Shown: piece by piece, positions 16,916 to 24,100 of the stretch
Layout: every line of letters starts with the position of its first letter
How positions within the stretch are numbered: the first letter of the stretch is position 1
Assembly: GCA_041739675.1 (NCBI GenBank)
Contig: JBGSNL010000064.1
Span: 1 to 30,880, forward strand
Direction of reading: 5' to 3'
Length of the DNA: 30,880 bases
Source of the DNA: a bacterium
GTDB lineage: Bacteria; UBA10199; 2-02-FULL-44-16; DYJF01
Made by a program: the position numbers and the translations under genes
Notes under the pieces: model-generated
The model's database searches: none
What the model saw: only the letters and a program-made list of their open reading frames with translations
What the model was told of the DNA's origin: nothing

Positions 16916-18520
16916 TTACCTCATAACGCGAATCGTCACCTTCCCGGGTACGGACGTGAGCGCCGGAAGCGGAGTTCCCGTGTCGGTGATCCTGTACGTG
17001 AACGTGTCCGTTCCTATGAAATTTCTCCTGGGTGTGTACGTGATCGTGCCGTTGGCGTTCAAAACGATAGAGCCGAATCTCGGATTCGAAGCGATCGACA
17101 CCGTCGCCGTGCTCACGAGGCTGTCGACGTCCGTATCATTGGCCCTGACTGCGATTGTCTTGGCCACGTTTCTGCGCGTCGTCACCGAATCAGCCTTGGC
17201 AACTGGCGCGTCGTTGATCGGATTGATCGTTATCGTTACGAGCCCCAGACTTCCCGCCAGACCGTCGCTGGCGATCGGCCTGTACCTGAAGGTGTCTGTG
17301 CCGTTGTAGTTGAGCGCCGGCGTGTAGACGAATGAACCGTCAAGACCCAAAAGCACGGTCCCGTGGCCCGCGGCTTGCGCGAGAAGTGAAGTCATCGGGT
17401 CAAAGAGCGGATCGTTCGTGTCGTTAACCAGAACGCCGTCGACGCCGGCAAGCGTCGTGTTGAGAACGACGTCCTCATTTATCGTGTAGTCGGCGGCGAG
17501 CGTGGGATCGGGCAGCGCCACAGGCGCGCCGGATCTTAAGAACGCTAGCATGCCGCCGGGTGAAGTCAGTGCGTTGACCATGTCTAATCTTCTGTCAAAG
17601 ACGGGGTGGGTACCGCGCGGCAGGGCCGTTATCACGGCGTCCATGGTTTTCAGTGCGGCAAGCTGGGCCGTATAGAGCTGCCTTGCCTGCGTATATTGAA
17701 AACCGTCCTCCGCCACGATGCTCATGTACTTGTCCTTTATGATCGGAACGTGTGTGAGAAGACTCGCGTTGAAGAATCTCATTAGAATAGTCGCGTCGAG
17801 AACCGGATCGATCGGATGATCGACGATGGGTTCGGCCGGTGTCGTCACGACACTTCCGCTGAAGGGCATGCCGTTGATGAGAAAGTACTTGGGATTATAC
17901 GTCAGCGCGTTCGGGAATGCCGCGGTTCCATATGTCCCGTTCACGACGGCCGCGTGCAATGCGGGATCAATTTCGCTGTAGAACATGATCGCTTCATTGT
18001 CGTAGAGGACGCCCGTGTAGGCCTCCCCTGCTGCGGTATCCTTTTTGACGCCGCCGTAGAGACCCATCTGCACCTGCACCTGGACGTGACTTCCGCTGTG
18101 GTAGATGTATGAGCCGGGTCTGAAGTTGTTCCAGGTATAGACGCCTGTTGCGCCGGGTGCCACTTCAGTCGTGAATGACGATACCCTCATCCTGCCTTGT
18201 GGATCGGCAAATTTGACGGGCGTGACTCCCGCAATCTGTCCGGGGATGACGATGGAAACCGGCACGGCGAGATTGTTCGTGAGGTTTATCGTCAGAGTCG
18301 GGTCGCCGACCGGCACCGTTAGTATCGGTCCCGGCACGGAGACGACCGCGTCGGTTGTGAGGCCGAAACCCCAGACCGTCACCGACTGCCCGTCCGGCAT
18401 GGCAAGAGTGGTGTCATCCGCCTTGAGATCGTAGACGACGGCGAAGGAGGAGGCGGAGAGGATGCACAGTGTGCCCGCCACGGCCAGAAACTGCGTTAGT
18501 AATTTAAGCGTGAGTTTCAT
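16916..18520 (-). CDS. Multicopper-oxidase-like protein C (two cupredoxin domains, Cu ligands largely lost) with two Ig/cadherin-like (Big_9) domains
   Basis: Sec signal, PGPILTV, PGSYIYHSG..QMGLYG and YFLING. No HxH/HCH motifs. C-terminal NDTD/YTP..N..G.D.F.Y repeats. RBS AAGGAGG. Confidence 0.85.
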   Translation of the reverse strand: MKLTLKLLTQFLAVAGTLCILSASSFAVVYDLKADDTTLAMPDGQSVTVWGFGLTTDAVVSVPGPILTVPVGDPTLTINLTNNLAVPVSIVIPGQIAGVTPVKFADPQGRMRVSSFTTEVAPGATGVYTWNNFRPGSYIYHSGSHVQVQVQMGLYGGVKKDTAAGEAYTGVLYDNEAIMFYSEIDPALHAAVVNGTYGTAAFPNALTYNPKYFLINGMPFSGSVVTTPAEPIVDHPIDPVLDATILMRFFNASLLTHVPIIKDKYMSIVAEDGFQYTQARQLYTAQLAALKTMDAVITALPRGTHPVFDRRLDMVNALTSPGGMLAFLRSGAPVALPDPTLAADYTINEDVVLNTTLAGVDGVLVNDTNDPLFDPMTSLLAQAAGHGTVLLGLDGSFVYTPALNYNGTDTFRYRPIASDGLAGSLGLVTITINPINDAPVAKADSVTTRRNVAKTIAVRANDTDVDSLVSTATVSIASNPRFGSIVLNANGTITYTPRRNFIGTDTFTYRITDTGTPLPALTSVPGKVTIRVMR

Positions 18521-18533
18521 AAAAATCCTCCTT

Positions 18534-18557
18534 GCCCGCCGGCGTCTTGTGGCGGGC
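18534..18557. other. Intergenic hairpin directly upstream of the RBS of paralog C
   Basis: GCCCGCC-N10-GGCGGGC stem-loop between paralogs B and C. Confidence 0.55.
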
Positions 18558-18565
18558 TTTGCTCA

Positions 18566-19954
18566 CTACATATCCACGATTGGTACAGACGGCGGCAGAA
18601 CCATCATCATAGTCATGAGACCGCCGGGGAATATGTCCCAGTTTGTCAGCTCTTTTTCAGTGTGGGAGTGCCACATGTACACGTAACCTGCATCGGGGTT
18701 GAGTCCGCCCTGAAGCGGCGGAAGCAGCGCCGATTTTCCGAGGAACGGTGTGCCGGGATAGAATCCGCCGAACGTGCTGTCACCCTTTTCCGGTAAAACC
18801 ACGGGGAAAGGCTTGCAGTGATCGGCTGCGTATTCGTTTGGTTCCAGCGCCGGCGGTCCGTCCAGAATGCCGTTGCCGTTATAATCGTTGTCCTCTGGTC
18901 CGGGGAAATTGCCGGCCGGATCCGCATCATAGTCGCAGTGGCCGTAGGCGTCCCAGCCCAGCCCCTCGCCTGTCCACGACCAGATTGCATCGGTTGTTTC
19001 CCCGGGCGTCGTCTGGATCGTGAATACATGATAGGCCAGATCACCGAGACCGGGTGCGGTCTCAAGCATTCTCCCGTCTTTGGCAATGACCAGCGCATGG
19101 TTTCCGTGATGGTGGAAAGGATGAAGGTCCCTTCCTCCGCCGATCACTCGCATGAGAACCCTGTCACCGGGATGGGCCAGCGGCATTGAATTGTATGGTT
19201 GCGTCGGAAGCCACGCCACCATCCCTGGAAGCATCGTGTCGGGAGCGTTTCTTCCGTTTATGAACCAGTAATATGCAAAATAGCTGCTCAAGAGATTCGT
19301 GCTCTGCAGGCCTGCAAGACCTACTCTTCTGACAGTATCATGAATTCTGGGGTCCATCTCAGTAAGGAGGAACAGATATTCACGGTCTTGCGCATAGGCG
19401 GAGTTAGCGTTGCCGTATGCTGTTGGGGCTGCGGGATTGAAACCCAGAGGGCGGACGATCAGTGCACCCACAAGACCCATGTCCACTTCCACTTCAGGCC
19501 TCGTGCCGCTGTGGTACAAATACGTTCCGGGTTCGGTTGCCGTGAATGTGTATGTCACTGTTGTGACTCCGTCCGGCGGGGCCTCTTGAGTCAAAAGCCC
19601 TGCAACACCGCCTGCCGCCGCGACCACTTGGCCCGGGAACACTATGGATACGTTGGGGGCAGCGGCGCCGTTTGCTGCAGCAGGAAGCTCGCTTTTAAGA
19701 TTGACGGTAATCGCCTGACCCTGCGTCACGATGAGCGTAGGTCCGGGATATTGCACCATGCCCGTGGCGTCGTCGGCGTATCCCCAGAAAAAGTGGGAGC
19801 CGGCGTCACCCGTGCTTAAGTAGCCCGCCTTCGCCGTGAGGTTGAAGACGGGGCCCGATATCCCCTGGATCGTCGCGTGAGCAGTGGCGGCCACGCACAT
19901 GAGGAGGATGGCTACCGCGGCACCTCCAAATGTTTTTGAAAACAATTTCTTCAT
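18566..19954 (-). CDS. Multicopper-oxidase-like protein B (T2/T3 His motifs only in domain 2, no T1 Cys)
   Basis: Sec signal, YPGPTLIV and PGTYLYHSG. Domain 2 has HPFHHHG and WHSH. ATG at 19954 with GGAGG RBS preferred over the GTG at 19975. Confidence 0.88.
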   Translation of the reverse strand: MKKLFSKTFGGAAVAILLMCVAATAHATIQGISGPVFNLTAKAGYLSTGDAGSHFFWGYADDATGMVQYPGPTLIVTQGQAITVNLKSELPAAANGAAAPNVSIVFPGQVVAAAGGVAGLLTQEAPPDGVTTVTYTFTATEPGTYLYHSGTRPEVEVDMGLVGALIVRPLGFNPAAPTAYGNANSAYAQDREYLFLLTEMDPRIHDTVRRVGLAGLQSTNLLSSYFAYYWFINGRNAPDTMLPGMVAWLPTQPYNSMPLAHPGDRVLMRVIGGGRDLHPFHHHGNHALVIAKDGRMLETAPGLGDLAYHVFTIQTTPGETTDAIWSWTGEGLGWDAYGHCDYDADPAGNFPGPEDNDYNGNGILDGPPALEPNEYAADHCKPFPVVLPEKGDSTFGGFYPGTPFLGKSALLPPLQGGLNPDAGYVYMWHSHTEKELTNWDIFPGGLMTMMMVLPPSVPIVDM

Positions 19955-19979
19955 GGGAAACCTCCCCGCCCTCACCTTG

Positions 19980-21167
19980 CTAGGGCGTAATTATAATCTC
20001 CGTCATTGCTCCGCCGTAATCCTCGTCATGGTTGCTTAAATAGTTGAGATTCGTCGTGTAGAGAAGATACGTGCCGGCTGCGACGCCCGTCGTGTCGATT
20101 ATGATGTCGAGCGTCTCTCCTCCGCCCATCGTCACGGAATTTGTCGTGTAATATAGATCGACTCCTGCCGGACTTCTGAGGAGCCTTGCATCCTTTCCCA
20201 CTACCTGCATCGGAAGGCCAAGAACGCTGATCGTGTAGAACTCGGAAACGCTCACGCCCGACGCGCGGAGCAATATCTTCTGCCCCACCTGCGCCTGAAT
20301 GAGCGAGCTCACCTTCTGAGAGACCTTTCCGCCGTTTTCAATCGGTGCGGGAAGATCGAGAGGATTCACAGTGTCGGGATATCCGCGCCCGTTTATCATC
20401 GCGTAGTCATCAGCCAGCTCGGCAAAAGGAAGCGGCTGCACATCTATATGTTCCTGATGGAAATGGCCGTCGAAGCCGCCCACCTGAAGCGGATACTCGA
20501 CGTCATAGCATGTCGATCCGTCGGTATCGTTGTAGGCGTAGGTCTGCGAGGCGCATCCGCCGACCGCCGTGCCGTCCTGCGCGGGATGGACGTAGAGGTT
20601 TCCGATCATTCCCATCTCCATATGCTCGGTCGCCTCGACGTGGCAGTGATAAAAGTAGGTTCCCGGTTGAACGACGTTATAATAATACGACTGCGATGCG
20701 CCCATGTTGATCGTGATCGTTGAGTCGGGCATACCGTCGAATATCGGCGCCGCCTGAGGGAAACCGTGCCAGTGAACCGAGTGCGGGTCGAAAAGGTCGG
20801 GCCTCATCATCATGCCGACGTTTGTCACCGTGAGGTAGAGCTCGTCCCCCTCATTGACTTCTATCGTCGGGGCCGGCCATGTGGCGGCAAGCATGCCGGC
20901 GTCCACCGCCATGTCGGGCATGATGCCGGTGAGATCGGAGAAGCTGAAGATATAGAGGACGGTTCCGTCCGCCATTGTGGCGAATCCGTCGCCGGCGCTG
21001 ATGTGCTTGCACTTGACGCCCGCCGGCTGAACCTCTCCCGGTGTGTTCCATGCGGCATCACCATCCAGATCGCCTGGACACTGAACCCTGACGGCCGCGC
21101 CGGATTGCGATGCAGCAATCATGAACATGGCGATCAGTGTGACAATGAGGTAAATTCTCTTTTTCAT
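19980..21167 (-). CDS. Multicopper-oxidase-like protein A (T1 site plus T2/T3 His motifs in domain 1, domain 2 ligand-free)
   Basis: Sec signal, HSVHWHG and YHCHVEATEHMEMGM. Equivalent positions in domain 2 read YTISVLG and YTTNLNYLSN. Confidence 0.9.
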   Translation of the reverse strand: MKKRIYLIVTLIAMFMIAASQSGAAVRVQCPGDLDGDAAWNTPGEVQPAGVKCKHISAGDGFATMADGTVLYIFSFSDLTGIMPDMAVDAGMLAATWPAPTIEVNEGDELYLTVTNVGMMMRPDLFDPHSVHWHGFPQAAPIFDGMPDSTITINMGASQSYYYNVVQPGTYFYHCHVEATEHMEMGMIGNLYVHPAQDGTAVGGCASQTYAYNDTDGSTCYDVEYPLQVGGFDGHFHQEHIDVQPLPFAELADDYAMINGRGYPDTVNPLDLPAPIENGGKVSQKVSSLIQAQVGQKILLRASGVSVSEFYTISVLGLPMQVVGKDARLLRSPAGVDLYYTTNSVTMGGGETLDIIIDTTGVAAGTYLLYTTNLNYLSNHDEDYGGAMTEIIITP

Positions 21168-21183
21168 ATATGCCTCTCTTTCG

Positions 21184-24100
21184 TCACCTTACAACGCGGA
21201 CCGTTACCCGGGCCCAGTTGGATGTCGCCAGCAGGTTATCCCAGACCGAGTAATAGAAGTAGTCTGCGCCGACGAAGTTCCTCTTCGGCGTGTAAGTTAT
21301 TCTGCCGGTGGCGGCGTTGACAGTCGCCGTTCCGAATCTCGGCGCTTGCACAACCGTCACGGAGTTCAGAGGTATCGTGCCGTCTGAATCCGTATCGTTT
21401 GCCAGCACGTTGATAATCTTGGCAGTGTTCTTCTTCGTGCTGACGGAATCGTATCTCGCAAGCGGCGGCACGTTCGGCGGATATTGCTCGTCCGCGCCTA
21501 TATCCACCTGTGTCGCGGCGTTGGGTCTCGTCTGCCTGTCGAAGTCGAGGACAAGCTCCGCAAATGCGGCGTCAAACAGAACGTCGCCAGTGTCGATCGC
21601 CGGGGATCCCAGCTCGATGTGATAATTTCCCGTGAGCGTCAGAGGACCGAAACGCACGTCTATGAAGTTTCCGCCCTCGTCGAACGCGGGCTGAACCTCA
21701 ATTGAAGAAGCAAGCGCCATGTTGAGGATCTTGTTTCTCGCACCGTTCGTGTATTCGGACATGAACGCCGGATCGGCCGCCACGTTCGATGCGTCATATC
21801 CTGTTGCATCGGTCAGGATGCAGTTCATGGGGTTCATGACGTCGGCCGCGCCGGTTCCGAGAACCTGCAAGTCGTTGTAAACCGCAGGATCGCCCAGTCC
21901 GATATCCGGCAGCAACCTGATCCCCGCCACCTGGTTGACGAAGTAGAATGAACGGTTGTGCCATATAATGTCGTTCTCGAGATGCGGGTTGGAGAACGTT
22001 GCAAACAACGGATCGACCGCGCCGATCGCACCCGCGAGTGCCGCTGTGTGCGCCCTCGCCGCGATACCGGCCGGCCATGGCAGAGACTCGTTTAGGTTGG
22101 CGGGGTCGAAGAGTCCGCCCGCGAACGCCTCTCCCGATGTTGCCGTGCTGTCGTTGTTGGTAATCGTGTTATGTATTATGTTCACCTTGGCCGCGTCCTG
22201 CAGGGAGATTCCCGCTCCCGCAAGGCCGGTCAGGTTGTTGACTATGTTGTTGTTCAGGATATCGACGCTGTACCACGGGGTCATGTCGTCGGGGCTTGCA
22301 GCCACGTCTTCGCCGTTGACGCTTGCCAGCCTGATGCCGCCGCCGTCTCCCGCGCCCGCCATGTTACCCTGAATGAGGTTGTTCACGATCTTGACCGATC
22401 CGGAACCGTGCGTCAGTGTCGCCGGAGCAATGGGTGCCGCTCCAGCTATGAAGATACCGCCGCCGGCCTGGATCGTACCCTGATCGAACGACTGGTTGAA
22501 GACGATGTAGTTGTCTTTTATCAGACCGCCGTTCGAAAGACCCAAGTGCCCTATTCCACCACCGCTTCCATCCGAGAAGTTTCCGCAGATGAATGAATCG
22601 CTGATCTCATAATTATCCGAACCCGAATACAGAGAGATACCGCCGCCGGCGAAATCGACTCCGCGGTTCTGCGTGATGCGGTTGTGGGCTATCTTGAGAT
22701 GATCGTTTCCTGCGGGCACGTAGTCGCCCAGATTCAGAAGCGTAGGATTACCGCTTCTTATGGCTCCGCCGTATGTGCCCTGATTGAAGCTGAACCGGTT
22801 ATTCGTTATCTGCAAATAATGGGCGCGGCCGTTTACAAAGAGGCCCGATGCAAAGTCGCCGCCCGTTATGTAGAAACCGTCTATTCTTGCATTGGGAATA
22901 CCACCGACGCCGAATTCACCTTCTCTGGCGAGCACCGTTACAACCATTCCCTCGCCACCGAAGGGGTTCACGCCGTCGATTCCGCCGGCGGGTATTGTCT
23001 GTCCCGGCAGCAGATAGAGAGGATCCAAAGTGACAAGCGCTTCTATCCTGTCGCGCCATTGCTGCACCTTTTCAGGCGGGCTTTTGGCGCCGTTGATTCT
23101 CGTGGAACCTTCGCCGTACCCTTGCAGGCGTACAGGCTTCCACATGACGACGAGTTCGCGGTATATTCCCGGAGGCACTAAGATGAGATCGCCGGCGTTT
23201 GCGGCGTCAATTGCCGCCTGTATCGAGCCGCCGGGCGAAACGTATCGCGGTGACGTGCCACCGATCGTGAAGGTGACGCCCGCAATAGTCGATCTCAAAG
23301 AGTCGCCGCGCGTGACCACAAGCTGTCCCGTAGTCGTTCCGGCCGCGATCTTTCCTCTGATCGTACCGTTGGACCATGAGACGTTTTCAAGCGCCGCGCC
23401 ATTGATCGAAACGCTCCCTCGGATGTTTCCAAAACCGTAGTCGCGCTTCACGGTCTTTTGCGGGTTCGTGCCGTTGGGGCCGTCATAGAGCGGATTCTCT
23501 ACGAATACCGAACCCACCGATCTTATCGTGACGTTCTGCGCGGTTCCGGATGAGTACGGTCCGCCGGTCGTGCCGTCCACCGAATATATGACAGGCGTCT
23601 TGTCTATCGGTTCGCAGTCGGCGGGGAACTGATCCTGCGCAGGGTATGCGACAGCCGGGAACACAGGCGTGTCAAGATATGTCGTGGCGCCCGGCATGAA
23701 CTGCAACGTGTAGGCGACCTGTATATAGTGAGGGTTGAAGAACGGGTCGTCTATCATCTTCGTGGAATCTGCGGGATTCGGAATCGGTCCCGGATCGTTC
23801 ATCGATATGAGAAGCATGCTTGCAGACACACCCGATGGTGAAGGTGTGTTGATCGTGTATGTTGAAGGAACGAGCAGATTATATTTTCCCCACTCGTCCG
23901 TATATGTGCGCGCGATCTCTCTTCCCGTCCAGTCTTTCACAGCGATGGGCAGGAACGGAGGCGCATATTTTTCACCGAAGTTCGGCGAAGTCGGATCGAA
24001 CTCGTTTGACAAATCGTCAAGACACAGGCCGATGATGTGTCCCGCGACCGGTGCCTTTGTGAAGGTATAGAAGTCAGCGGCGGAATTCTGTGCCTCGTTC

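Noticed and set aside
16916..19954. MCO-B and MCO-C as decayed pseudogenes
   Set aside because: Both have intact frames, signal peptides and RBSs. The ligand loss is complementary to A rather than random.
19980..21167. Copper nitrite reductase (nirK)
   Set aside because: A has an HCH plus HxxHxH MCO-type pattern and lacks the domain-2 His needed for the NirK T2 site.
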